A stretch of DNA of 63,848 nt, filler included, from Neolecta irregularis DAH-3 (lineage: Eukaryota): NCBI GenBank assembly GCA_001929475.1. It is 9 parts of 9 records of this genome, joined end to end, with 100 filler letters (N's around TTAATTAATTAA, not from the genome) between each part and the next. Parts side by side here need not be neighbours in the genome. Positions count along the whole stretch, not along the records: positions 36,885 to 59,595 come from LXFE01000434.1; positions 59,696 to 61,437 come from LXFE01000435.1; positions 61,538 to 63,848 come from LXFE01003659.1; 6 more parts are not named here. One strand, 5' to 3'. Both the position numbers and the translations under genes were made by a program. Of the stretch, positions 52,726 through 63,848 are shown piece by piece. Each line of letters opens with the position of its first letter. The first letter of the stretch is position 1. The notes beneath the pieces were generated by a model that worked only from the letters and a program-made list of their open reading frames with translations, did no database searches and had not been told where the DNA came from.

Positions 52726-52986
52726 GTGTGTGTGATGGAATTAATGGTAATGGTAGTGGTGGGCTAGGCGATGGTGGTTGGTTTAGGGGATAAGTAACAG
52801 GCGACGGTGGTTGGCAGACGGCGACAATCTAGAGGCAACCGATCATAGCTGGTGGTTAGGGTAACGGTGCTCGGTGATAGACAAGCCGGTGGTGGTTGGC
52901 TCAATGACAGGCCGCAGGGATGGCAGGAAGCGGTCGCGGGCCGCGTTGAGCCGACTGGATTTGCGAGCGGCGCTCCACTGCACTCC

Positions 52987-54084
52987 ATGTCTGGCGATCC
53001 CCGCCGCCGCAGCCTGCTCTCGATTGTCTCGTACAGGAGCGACTTTTCGGCGGAGTCAACATCGCCGAATGGTTCGCCAATGAACTCGTCTGTGGCCCTG
53101 TCGTCTGCTCCGCTGTCGCCCAGCCTGACTGCCTCCCCGACTGCGTCGTCGCCCACCATCATGTCTGCCCTCGACTCGGCCCTTGACTCGGCGCTCCTCG
53201 TTGCAGAACTGCCCGCCCTCGTCCCGCCCAAACGGCCCTCTTCGACCGGGTCGGGCATCTTTCGCAAGCACAAACCCGCGGCACCCGTCCTCTCCTGGTC
53301 CCCCAAACTCTACGTCCTCGTCCGCGGCACCCTCCTGCGTTTCAGCACAGACAAGCGGCACCAGCGCGTGCCCGAGAGCGTCTTTGTCTTCACGGCGGCC
53401 TCCATTGTGCGGGTCACCGATGCAATCCCGGGCTCACAGTGGGTCCTGCAGGTCTCGCCCACCGCCGCCCGCTCAGCCGCCGTCGCCTCGTACTTTGCAG
53501 ACTCCCCGACCGAGTTGCCCGCCGACTGCTGGTACCTGGTCATGCCTGATCCCGGCCGCATGACCGTGTGGATGCGCACCATGCGCGACCAGATTGCCGC
53601 AGCAAAGCGCGACCAGATCGCAGCCGCACGGAGCGAAGCCAGCAGTCCCACCCCCGCACTCGACGCCAATGCCCGGCCAGTGTCCACGGCATGCCTCTTT
53701 GGCACCGACGCTGGCAAAGACGCGTTCTGTCCCGCAGCCGCCTCCAAGCCCTACTTCAAAGACGCTCTCTCGTCACTCACCACCAGCCTGCTATCGCGAG
53801 ACTCCATCACCGAAGAGCCATCCCGCCCACAGACACCGCATTCATCCCAAGAGCCTTCGCCCAGAGAATCTTGTTCGTCAGACAGTTTCGCTCCAGCCAC
53901 GCTTGCTACTCGCCGCGACCAATGTTCAAAGCTCGCAAATCTCCACATCCTGCCGCCGTTGAAACCCCCACCGACTTCTCCCTTGCCTCCGCTGCCGGCG
54001 TCTCCAGCATATGTCTCCCGCAGGAGACGTCGCATAGTAAACGCCAGCGAATCCGACCAAACATCCTCCGAGGACCAAGACTAG
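52987..54084 (+). CDS. Ser/Pro-rich protein with a probable PH domain
   Basis: Intronless ORF with a PH-like core W..KLYVLVRGTLLRF...VTDAIPGSQWVLQV...MTVWMRTMR. Confidence 0.7.
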   Translation: MSGDPRRRSLLSIVSYRSDFSAESTSPNGSPMNSSVALSSAPLSPSLTASPTASSPTIMSALDSALDSALLVAELPALVPPKRPSSTGSGIFRKHKPAAPVLSWSPKLYVLVRGTLLRFSTDKRHQRVPESVFVFTAASIVRVTDAIPGSQWVLQVSPTAARSAAVASYFADSPTELPADCWYLVMPDPGRMTVWMRTMRDQIAAAKRDQIAAARSEASSPTPALDANARPVSTACLFGTDAGKDAFCPAAASKPYFKDALSSLTTSLLSRDSITEEPSRPQTPHSSQEPSPRESCSSDSFAPATLATRRDQCSKLANLHILPPLKPPPTSPLPPLPASPAYVSRRRRRIVNASESDQTSSEDQD

Positions 54085-54168
54085 GCCTGTACTCTTTCCT
54101 TATTCATCTCATAGCATATATAAAGTGGAGGCACTTTTGGCGCACTCGGCAATCAATTAGAATTACAC

Positions 54169-55068
54169 CTATCCTTCTACGTCTTCAATCTTGGTCTTCA
54201 GGTCTCGTGCTACAGCATTTGCTTCAGACTTGACAGCAGTGGACTTTGCACTCCCTTCTTCCTTCCCAGACTTCCCAGTGTTCTTGCTCTTCTGTTCCTT
54301 CTTCTTCTTGGGCTATGAAATATTAAAAATGAAACAAACACTGCATATACCTTGTCCCAAGCATAAAGAGGTCGGAAACTATCGATAACTCCAACATCCG
54401 CAAACAGGTTTGGATAGAGCCATAGTCCCGGAGGATGTGTGAAAATCGTGACGAGGTACAGAATCAAACGGATGATTGCAATAACGAAGAATAATCCGAG
54501 CAAACCCAACATCCCCATCGATAAATACCATACCCCAATTCGAAGACTCTGCGGCCAGAGAGGAAACAACACGGCCGTAAATGCAACAATTACAAGACCA
54601 AGGCTAGCGAGTATGGCCATCAACTGTGACCCTTGGAACAACCAAACATAGTAGCAGTCGTCACCGAATTCTTGGACTTGCTCAAGCCGCAAGAGCTTGG
54701 GATCGCCTTTCTTCCCCTTCTTCCCGCCTCGAACTTTGATTGCTTCTTCTTTGGAAAGTTTCGTAACACGAAGGACGAATCCAGCGCGGGGAAGCTGGGA
54801 CAAAACCTTGACAGCATCATCGCGAGTCGCAATCTGTGGCATAATAGCCTTGCGCTTTTTTTTGTATTCCTCAGATTGCAGAGCCTTGAGAGCATGCTTG
54901 ACTAAAAATTATCAGCCGAGATGATGCCTTGATTCGAGGACCCTTGAAAAACTCGACACGTTTGTTATCGAGCACCCCTGCTTGCGACTTCACAACAGCA
55001 TGATTTCGAAGATACTTGGAGACAGCCAAAAGTTCTGGATTAGGGGCAGCAGGCGCTTGGTCGTTCAT
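54169..55068 (-). CDS. SEC62: ER translocon subunit Sec62
   Basis: RVEFFK, YYVW, VLFPLWP..LRIGVWYLS, PGLWLYPNLFADVG...SFRPLY. Confidence 0.95.
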
Positions 55069-55148
55069 TGTAAATTTGTGGTCCGTATTTTGCGTATTTT
55101 GGAGGTTGGGTAGATAAGAGTTCCCAAAACAATCTATTAAACGTATTC

Positions 55149-57135
55149 TCACAACCCATAAAGATGATCTAGCTCTGTTTGTAACCTCTCTGCTTCCTGC
55201 TGCAATTCTGTTAGACTATCTTTTAAAATGGACGCTTCATCGTATTTCCGGCGGGCGTTCGCCTCATGTAACATCTCCTGGACGAGAAATATCTGTTCTT
55301 CGAGCACCATTAAAGCCTCCCTCCTAGCCGTTTCCTCTTTCTCAGATATACCTGTACTAAACGGGATTTGAGGGGACTGTGTACTTGTCGACGTTGGCGT
55401 TGAAATGCCCTGCACTCTGAGAGTTTTAGGAAGCATCTGCAGCGGTAACATATGCTGTTGAAGAAACGCGGTGGCTCTTTGATGAATTGCATCTTGAATT
55501 CGGTGTTCTGCTATTCCTTGTGTTTGCAACTGTTTTATCCGTTTGGCGCAGGCATCATAATTTCCAAAAGCATCCAACAATTTCTTTCTAATTCTAGAAG
55601 CTTGACTAATTTCTAGTTCCGACGGGGAATTTTCTGTATCTCTAGATAAATTAAAAGGTCTCTATGGAAATGCACGGTACTGTAGAAGAGCAACCATTTG
55701 ATGGAATTTTGGCAGGAGTAACTCTATCCCCGTTTTGAAATCATTCAGGTTCTTTGAAAATCAGCGATGAGAAACATACTAATCGTGACCTTGTAAAGAC
55801 GAAAAAGTCTAGAAAGATCTCCATCTTCATGAGCCAAACCAGATCTCCCAAAAGTGAGTCCGTGGCATCCTCGACATATTCGAATATCAATAACATCATT
55901 ATTCTCGCTTGCTGTGTCTCCGAGAACTTGGGACTTGGTAAACAGTAATAATCGAGACATACCATCAGCCACGTCGATGCCTATTTCCGCTGAACATCTG
56001 GAGCTAGAATCGGCACATACTACTCTCCCACAAAGTCGGCAGTGATGTTTTCTTAATATAAAACTAAACATCTGACTAGAAAATTAGACACTGCGTAGGT
56101 AGATTATCATAACTTGCAGAAGGGACAATGCAGCACAGAAGGATTTTCCTGCCATGCCACTACAGACTGTTCCAGCATTTTTCTCTGACTTTTCATAGAT
56201 GCAATGCTTCGAAATACTCCTGATGGCAGCTCTATAGTAGGAGGCTGAATTAAAAGTCGAACAAGCTGAGATTAGATGCCAATAAATTCCAACAAATAAC
56301 CTTTTGCAACCGTTTTGCATGACGATTTGCTTCCATCGACTGTTTCTCCACTCCTACTTGACGAATACATTTAAAAGCCTCAGTATGATCTCGACTAGAC
56401 CCTGGAGAATTAACAAATATTAGATTTCGATGTATACCACTATTATCTAAATAACCTTGTCTCGATTTAAAACATCCTTCACATACTCGAGCCCACACAC
56501 CACGAACTGGTTCATGACTCGCAGATCGAGATAATTTGATTTGAAAAAATGTATGCACATTACAATACAACCTTCCACATTTCCGACAATTAATTTTACC
56601 TGTTCTTGAATTCAGGAAATCTTTACACATGGGATCAGAACAATAGTCGCAAGCGGACTCGGGTTGCCAATGCGCTCTTGTAATCATATCATCTGAATCT
56701 CGACTAGTTTCAAGTAAACTCGATTCAAAGGATATTTCTCCATTGCGTTCAAATGGTTCTGGTAAGCCGAGTTTTTGGTGAATTGCAGCGACAGGAGCTA
56801 AATTGCGAGCTTTCGATACTCGCTGTTTTAACCATGCTTTTATTCCAACTTGGTGCACGATATCGGCGTACTCTGAATGAACGTCATCGAGGTGTTGATT
56901 AAGCTGAGAGAACGCAATCTGAGAATTAGCCTAGCGGATCCGGAAAATAGACCATCGTCTCGGAACATATAGGACAAACTAGATTTGGTTCTATATCTTC
57001 GGTAGCCGATAGCCTGACCGGTTGTAATGGTGTTTTCCGGCCAATGACTCGGGTTTGCATTATATACCGTATTAATATCTTCACAACTCCTATCGATTGT
57101 GGAGGTGAGGTTTCTGCCCCCGCGCCCCTCAACAT
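55149..57135 (-). CDS. PEP7: Pep7/Vac1 (rabenosyn-5) double-FYVE protein
   Basis: C2H2 CPIC...QLNQHLDDVH, NCRKCG, RKHHCRLCG and a C-terminal Rab-binding coil (LEEQIFLVQEM..A...RKYDE). Confidence 0.92.
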
Positions 57136-57156
57136 TTCTAGACAAATCTTTTATAA

Positions 57157-58232
57157 ATGATAGACGATATTCATTCACGAGCTCTCGAAACTGCAGATTT
57201 CCTCAAAAATTCTCTACCAGATGCAGTTAAAACACCACGAGTCGGTATCATTTGTGGTTCTGGGCTCGGAGGTCTCGTAAATGCTCTTTCGGCAGAATCT
57301 CGGGTACAAATCGCATATTCTGCGATCCCGAATTTTGCCATTAGCACTGGTATCAAACCCCAAATATAACAGGGGCTGAAACAAAAACCTCTAGTCCAAG
57401 GTCATGCGTCGAAGCTCGTTTTTGGTCTTCTTGGAGAAAAACAAGTGGCGACCGTTGCTATGGTTGGTAGATTCCATTTCTATGAGGGATATGATATGAA
57501 AACCGTCACTTTTCCCATTCTTGTTATGAAACTTTTGGGAATTGAAGCTCTTATTAGTATTTTCCTTCAGTATAATGCTAACTACGAGTTACAAATGCAG
57601 CCGGAGGATTGAACGAAAATTATGCTGTAGGCGACATTGTTCTCGTTAAAGGTATATTTATTTTAATTTTTTGTCTGACAATCAAGATCATTTGAATCTA
57701 GCTGGAATGATTGGAATGCATCCTCTTCGCGGACCAAACGATTCCAATTTTGGGGTCCGATTCCCTGCTTTATCTGATGCCTATGATCTTGAATTACGCA
57801 AAGCTGCATTTTCAGTCCGGAAAAAGGTTATGACTGGTAAAAGAAATATGTATGAAGGAATCTACGCCTTTGTTGCCGGTATTCAAATCATCTGTTCATT
57901 CTTACATTTCAGGGCCAAGTTACGAAACTCGTGCAGAGGCAAGAATGATTCGAAATCTTGGTGCAGACGTCGTAGGAATGTCGACATGCCCAGAAGTCAT
58001 CGTAGCAAGACATTGTGACATTCGTGTTCTTTGTTTGAGTCTTTGTACAAATAAGGTCATTCTAGATGAAGGACCCTCTGCACTCGGTCAAACAGACTCG
58101 AAGCAACAGAGCGCAAATATTTCTTTAGCAGAAGGCAAAACTAACCATGAAGAAGTCCTCATCGCTGGACTCGAAGCATCAAACGATTGTGAAAAAGTCG
58201 TTGCGGGTATTGTAGATATGTGCTTTTCCTAG
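57157..58232 (+). CDS. PNP1: Purine nucleoside phosphorylase, 4 introns
   Basis: IICGSGLGGL, GRFHFYEG, TNAAGGLN, GPSYETRAE, GADVVGMST. Confidence 0.96.
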
Positions 58233-58260
58233 TATATAGAGTGAATAGAAGTATGACAGT

Positions 58261-59595
58261 TTATCTTAAATTCACATGTGCCATAATCGCTAGGTGATCT
58301 GATGCAAACCGTCCCTCTGAAGGTTCCCCTTCAGCCGCCATCTCATTCTCTTCAGGCAATCGAAGTAACCCAGTCAACTTGATAGAGTTTCCATTTTTCT
58401 CTTTGGTCATGAAGATATAGTCCAGCGTGCCTCGATAAACCTCGAAATTAAACTTGTGCTTGAAACAAGCATACCTTGGCCCAATTGGTAAAAGGGGGTT
58501 CTCCCCATGGTTTACGAGCATTACCTGGATGCACGCTTGTGTATCCGAGCCCATATAGACTCTGTAAACATGGCAAGCTGTTGTGTATCTGTAAAATGCG
58601 AGGTAATTTATCACGGAGATCTGAAACATCAGTCTGATAATACACTTCAGGATCCATAGAATCGACATCCTCGTCTTCGCATTCTTCTTCAAGTTTCTTT
58701 TTATACCGATAATTCATCGATTCTTCAAGAATTTGGATTTCAGTCTGGTCAAGTTCAATTGGACGTTGCGTCATGGCTCGATAAGTCGGATCGACTGGTT
58801 CTGTATTAAAATCTGCCGCAAAAATCGTTTCGTCTGCGAGAACTTTGGATTCTTTCGTAAATTTCATCACTTGGTCGATAAATTTTGCCGATTGTATCAT
58901 TCTTTCATATGTAGCAGCAGGATGCCAAAACAAATGAGTAGTTGCTACAGCAATGTGTTTTTGCGGGGTAGTATTAATCATGGTGAACAATGCCACAAGC
59001 CCAATATTCCTTGTTTCCATCCGAAGTCTGATATCACTGTGCAAAGGTTCATCGAGATCAATAGTTTTCCGAGAAGACAGCGCGAATTTCTGTTTGCTCC
59101 ACATGACGAGTAAGCCATGTGTCTTTCTTGCTCCACTGTCAAAGATATGTCCATAGTTGAGTTTTTCCGCTAAAGGGGCGAAGAAAGAATCTAATTGAAC
59201 TATATCTACTTCCTTGTGGTCAGCAGGGCAGCCAGAGACGGAGGTACTTGAAGGCACAATATATCAGGTTGATAAAACTCAAGCTCGGCTGCCAGCATTT
59301 TAGATCGATTCTTCCATTTCAATGTTTCTCCTAGAGAATCGTCAACGTCAAGCTTTTTGAGTAGAATTTTGTACCGTTAGTCGGAAAAAGAGTCCGCCGA
59401 ATCAATGTCTGTGCCAGAACGTTGTATGTCATGATTGAGACTGAAGAAGATGTTGGACAGGAATTTTTTCGATTTAAAAATAACAATTCCCGTTTGATGA
59501 AGTTTGTATTAAATTCATTTCGAGGTGCCGCTTTGTATGCGAGGGGTTTCGCTTTCTTTTCTGCATCTTTACGAGCTCTCTGAGCAGCAATGTAC
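58261..59595 (-). CDS. NGL/Ccr4-like EEP-family RNA exonuclease (5' end truncated by gap)
   Basis: MTYNVLAQ, CLQEVD, TTHLFWHP, ADFN, LDYIF, SDH. Confidence 0.9.
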
Positions 59596-59711
59596 NNNNN
59601 NNNNNNNNNNNNNNNNNNNNNNNNNNNNNNNNNNNNNNNTTAATTAATTAANNNNNNNNNNNNNNNNNNNNNNNNNNNNNNNNNNNNNNNNNNNNAAATA
59701 CTGACCAACAA

Positions 59712-61115
59712 ATGAGGACACACCAAATCTCGCCAGGAACATCTGTTGACCCCAACACCCACCCCTCAGATACAGCTCAACAGCCATCTGTGACTATGGC
59801 CTCTGGATTGTATGAGGATGCAGAATCTGATAATCTCTATAGATCTGATGAGGAAGTTGACCTCGACCCACGTTCTGTCACTCAGTCCTCTCAACACAAT
59901 ACCACTCCACTACATCACAATTCCCAAGATGACATGCCTGTCACTACGATTACTCTGAAATCTAGTCAAATGACGTTTCCCTCTCACACACTCTCCCAAC
60001 AGACCAAAACTCACAAATCTCATCAGACAAATTTTCTCTCCCAACGGACCGAAACTCACAAATCTCATCACACAAATTTTCTCTCGCAACACACCGAAAC
60101 CCGCAAATCCTATCAAACAAATCTTCTCTCCCAACGGACCGAAGCTCATAAATCTCATCAGACAAATTTTCTTTCCCCACATTCCGAGACTCGCAAATCT
60201 CATCAGACATATTTTCTCTCCCAACAGACGGAAACTCACAAATCTCGCGAAACAAATTTTCTCTCCCAACGGACCGAAGCTCACAAATCTCGTCACACAA
60301 ATTTTGTCTCCCAACATACCGAAACTCACAAATCCTATCAGACAAATCTTCTCTCCCAACGGATCGAAGCTCACAAATCTCATCAGACAAATTTTCTTTC
60401 CCCAGATACCAAGACTCGCAAATCTCATCAGACAGATTTTCTCTCCCAACAGATCGAAACTCGCAAGCCTTATCAGAAAAATGTTGGCTCCCAATGGACT
60501 GAAACCCATAAATCTCATCAGACGAATTTTCCCTCCTATCCTCTCTTCCAACAGACTGCAACTCGCAAATCTCATCGAACGAATATTCCCTCACGCTCTT
60601 TCTCCCATCGGACTGAAAAAACTCAGAAATCTCGTCAAACCAATTTTTCCTCACACAGGTTCTCCCAACGGACCGAAAACCCCACCATAGTAGAGCTCAA
60701 TGCTGTCGAAGGAAAACCGTTTCTCTCAAGCATGCAAGTCAGGCTATACTCTCATGAAGCTCGCGCAAACGCTCATGCTGATGCCTATGCTAAGATCGAA
60801 GCAACTGCTTTCCAGGGACAAGTCCTGGCGGCCTCTAAACCTTCTAGCCAAGTCAAAGTTCAAGTCTTCCCTGAATCTGGCAATGCCGAGACTGTAGTCA
60901 CCCAGAAACCTTTGAATCCCTTCCCGCAAGATCTCTATCTAGAATCAGTTGGACAACTCAAGACTGCTACTCATCTTACTGGCCTTGCATCAATGGGACA
61001 GCTTACTTCACCTACTAGCTCAAGGCCTCCCATTCCTAGTTTCACTGCAGGCTCGCTTAGGAACAAAATGTCATACCTTGTAGGTGTTGTTTTGCTTGTT
61101 GGCCTTATTCTCTAA
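59712..61115 (+). CDS. S/T/H/Q-rich tandem-repeat protein with a C-terminal GPI-signal-like tail
   Basis: 467-aa ORF with about 15 repeats, ending ...SYLVGVVLLVGLIL*. The 5' end abuts a gap, so the true start may be missing. Confidence 0.7.
   Translation: MRTHQISPGTSVDPNTHPSDTAQQPSVTMASGLYEDAESDNLYRSDEEVDLDPRSVTQSSQHNTTPLHHNSQDDMPVTTITLKSSQMTFPSHTLSQQTKTHKSHQTNFLSQRTETHKSHHTNFLSQHTETRKSYQTNLLSQRTEAHKSHQTNFLSPHSETRKSHQTYFLSQQTETHKSRETNFLSQRTEAHKSRHTNFVSQHTETHKSYQTNLLSQRIEAHKSHQTNFLSPDTKTRKSHQTDFLSQQIETRKPYQKNVGSQWTETHKSHQTNFPSYPLFQQTATRKSHRTNIPSRSFSHRTEKTQKSRQTNFSSHRFSQRTENPTIVELNAVEGKPFLSSMQVRLYSHEARANAHADAYAKIEATAFQGQVLAASKPSSQVKVQVFPESGNAETVVTQKPLNPFPQDLYLESVGQLKTATHLTGLASMGQLTSPTSSRPPIPSFTAGSLRNKMSYLVGVVLLVGLIL
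59991..60680 (+). repeat. 45-bp coding tandem repeat (LSQRTETHKSHQTNF), about 15 units
   Basis: Directly visible in both DNA and protein. Confidence 0.95.
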
Positions 61116-61537
61116 ATGACTAATGGTTCATTCGATTATTATCACTGGTTGTAAAATGTTTTATTAAAATGTATAGTAGACGTAACGGAAAAGTTTGTGG
61201 GATAGATATTAAATTTAAAATGACCTTCCGTCGCATGCTCTTTTGCTTCTCACATTGAACTGGGTTGTAAACAGACTTGCTTGCTTGGACTTGCTATTTT
61301 CTTGCAATTCTGGACTTGCTTGTCTGGACTTGATCAATATATCACGTGATCCGTGACAAATCTTGCTTGTATAACTTTGAGCAAATTGCAAATCAATTCA
61401 CAGTTGAACAACAAACCAACGTATTCAAACGAAACAANNNNNNNNNNNNNNNNNNNNNNNNNNNNNNNNNNNNNNNNNNNNTTAATTAATTAANNNNNNN
61501 NNNNNNNNNNNNNNNNNNNNNNNNNNNNNNNNNNNNN

Positions 61538-62507
61538 TCGATAGTCGTGTATAACAGACCATCCTGCAGTAATTCTTCTACGGCTACACGTAAATCACCT
61601 CCTTTTACATTTTGTGCAATGATATTCATGGGAACGCCTTCATTTGAAGCAGGCTGGTTCATAATCACCCTCATGATTTGAGCATGATAAGGTGGTAACT
61701 TGTGCTCTGCGATCTTTTGCTCGATACCAGCGTTGTTGTTGTACCCTTGACTCGCCCCTGTATTTTGAATTCCCTGCATCATCATTGAACTTGATTCATG
61801 TTTCGGGTGGGTTCCATCGATCGGTCCTCGAGTGAAATACAAGTGAATTGTAGTCGCCTCCAAGAAATGGTAATGGACTTCATTCATATCGGTAATTCTT
61901 CGAATATGATGACTTCCTACATGTCGTTTCCCGCTAAACGACTTCAACTGTCCGACTACACGGACATACATATCGTTTGAAAGCTCGTTCCGTCTGTCCA
62001 AGTCGGTTGTATCGCTATCGAGCCATTGCTTCACTTCAATCAACCCGGTGCCGTCTTCAATTCGATACGTCACATTCGTAGAAGCCATCGCCACATTGCG
62101 AATTTGTCCAACAAAAGTCACCTATCAAATTGTCAGAAGTGATGATCGGAAAAAACAATGACACACGTAACCAATCTCTGCGTTGTCGATTCTGAACTCG
62201 GCGTCAGGATGGATTTGACTTGCTTCCAGGATTTGTTTGATGGTAACTACACGAGTTGTATTTCCACTTGATCGCTGCTTTGTCAATGAAATAATTAAGC
62301 TCGTCGTTACTTTTCCTCCACTACCAGGACTCGCGTTGCCAGGCGATTCAAATGGGTTTGATGTGGCGTTGTTGTTCATGAATCCGCCTCCGTCTTGCGG
62401 ACCCCCGGAATTGTAATTTGCAGATTGATAGGGATTGTAATTGTTGGAATATCCGCCTAGTCTTGTGTTAGACACGGATTGGATGAAAATGAGAGTGTAC
62501 CCATCAT
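61538..62507 (-). CDS. ssb2: Replication protein A 32-kDa subunit (3' end truncated by gap)
   Basis: GGGFM, VTIKQI, VTFVGQIRN, IEDGTGLIEVKQW, NEVHYHFLE and a C-terminal winged helix (GLLYTTI). Confidence 0.93.
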
Positions 62508-63848
62508 TTTGCCTATAAATTTCTTCGAGGCTGGGTTGTGGTCGGGATATCTCGTGTGTTTTTTCCCAATGAGTACGAGTAATTGGATGTATCAATTGCA
62601 TATAAAACTTTTAGTATCTCTTTAATCAATCTTGTTTAGAAGCATTCAGCCTGAAGGAATTGATAGCAGCATATAGTGAAACACAACCAGTCAGCGTTGG
62701 TGTCATCACATCCAACTTCACTCACACCATATCCCCTGCTTCAACCATGGAAAAACGCTAGTTACCAACTCAAGGGGCTGATGAGGTTTGGAAGGGACAG
62801 ACTGTCACGGGAGGATATAACAGATTCATATCAAGTACTGGATGGTGTTGGTGTATCAGCATCCTCAAGCAACCTCGATTTACAAGCTATTCCATCCAAG
62901 CATGATAATGGCGAGTTGACTGCTCCAGGGAGACGAATCTTCAAAATATGGAAGGTCAGGCAGAAACTTTACTTGCCCATCAATCGACAGGTACAAACGG
63001 CCTCCACGAAATCCGGGTACAGCTACACTTCAAATTATGGTGGAGTGTTCAAAAAAAAGGGCATTTTCTCGTTATCTTTCTTGCCAGAGGAGATGATTGC
63101 TGACGTGGCCAACCTTTATTAAGACATGACTCGTGTTTCTGTATCTAAAATTGTCATCAGAAACCAATGGGGCAAAGTACTAGACATCAATGAGACTCTC
63201 TTTCTACGATATTGAAAATCAGTCTACTCTTTACATTGACACCAGACTCCGTGTTGGAAAGGCGGCTATATATTTTTATCCACCAAGCATTTCTGCAATC
63301 CAAGTCAAACTTCGTCTTCACCCCAAATGGACTCTATCACGTGCCTATCCATGACCTCTACAAATTATTCAAGAATCGAATGAGCATATAAAGCGAATGA
63401 CAGCAACGCCCGTCTCTGGAAACCTCGTAGACTTTCCAAATCGACCTGACCATTCATTCTCATCCATATTCTGGGAAGCCGAGATATGGTCTTCCACTAT
63501 TTCCTCTTAATTTTCGCCGCAAAAGTATCTTTGCATCAGAGTCGCAAGTTGTCTTTCAATCCTCCAGTGTCTTCAGGTGTGCCACTTTCTGAAGCAGATA
63601 AATATTCTGTTTTTGGCAATGAAGATGGTGTTGGTGAAGATGAAAGCCGCTGCTCTCGTGGGGTGAAAAGTGCTCCACTGAGATAGAAGTTGGTAGAATT
63701 TTCAGTTTTTCACATTCGGTTGACATTTGTAACTGTTTTTGGACATTTGAAACAATATACCATGCTAGGCACTTTATTCCTCTGTTCCTTGTATGCACCC
63801 CACCCAACAGCTCAACAGCCGCTAGAGCACTCTCCAGGCGGGCTCTTC

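Noticed and set aside
59910-60690. Long antisense and alternate-frame ORFs over the 45-bp repeat
   Set aside because: Expected by-product of a 3n tandem repeat lacking stops in those frames.

Overview
Gene-dense, intron-rich fungal genomic DNA. It is an ascomycete, and the proteins and very short introns suggest Taphrinomycotina such as Neolecta (inference only). The window is made of nine contigs joined by artificial N..TTAATTAATTAA..N linkers. It carries about 30 housekeeping genes: separase, TACO1/YebC, PET100, COG1, aspartate kinase, PDH kinase, Atf1, Hsp20, GCP3/Spc98, UTP15, Cdt1-like, Hsp70-like, paraoxonase-like, cullin-1, Rsc8/Ssr2, ETF-alpha, HELLS/Irc5, METTL16, ARH1, L2HGDH, SEC62, PEP7, PNP, NGL and RPA32. 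It also has a decayed PRP8 copy, a Ty3/gypsy relic and several minisatellites. The most unusual signal is the splicing. Introns are about 30-50 nt with degenerate donors. At least 8 need GC donors, about 8 use the normally avoided GAG acceptor, and ETF-alpha has a candidate AT-AC intron with U2-type (not U12) signals. A second signal is recurrent GC-rich islands in which strand skew flips from G-rich to C-rich, often around a minisatellite and largely independent of gene orientation. Genes are also extremely tightly packed: head-to-head ATGs 21-45 bp apart and one 121-bp antisense CDS overlap. All gene calls are by eye from recognised motifs; no searches were run.
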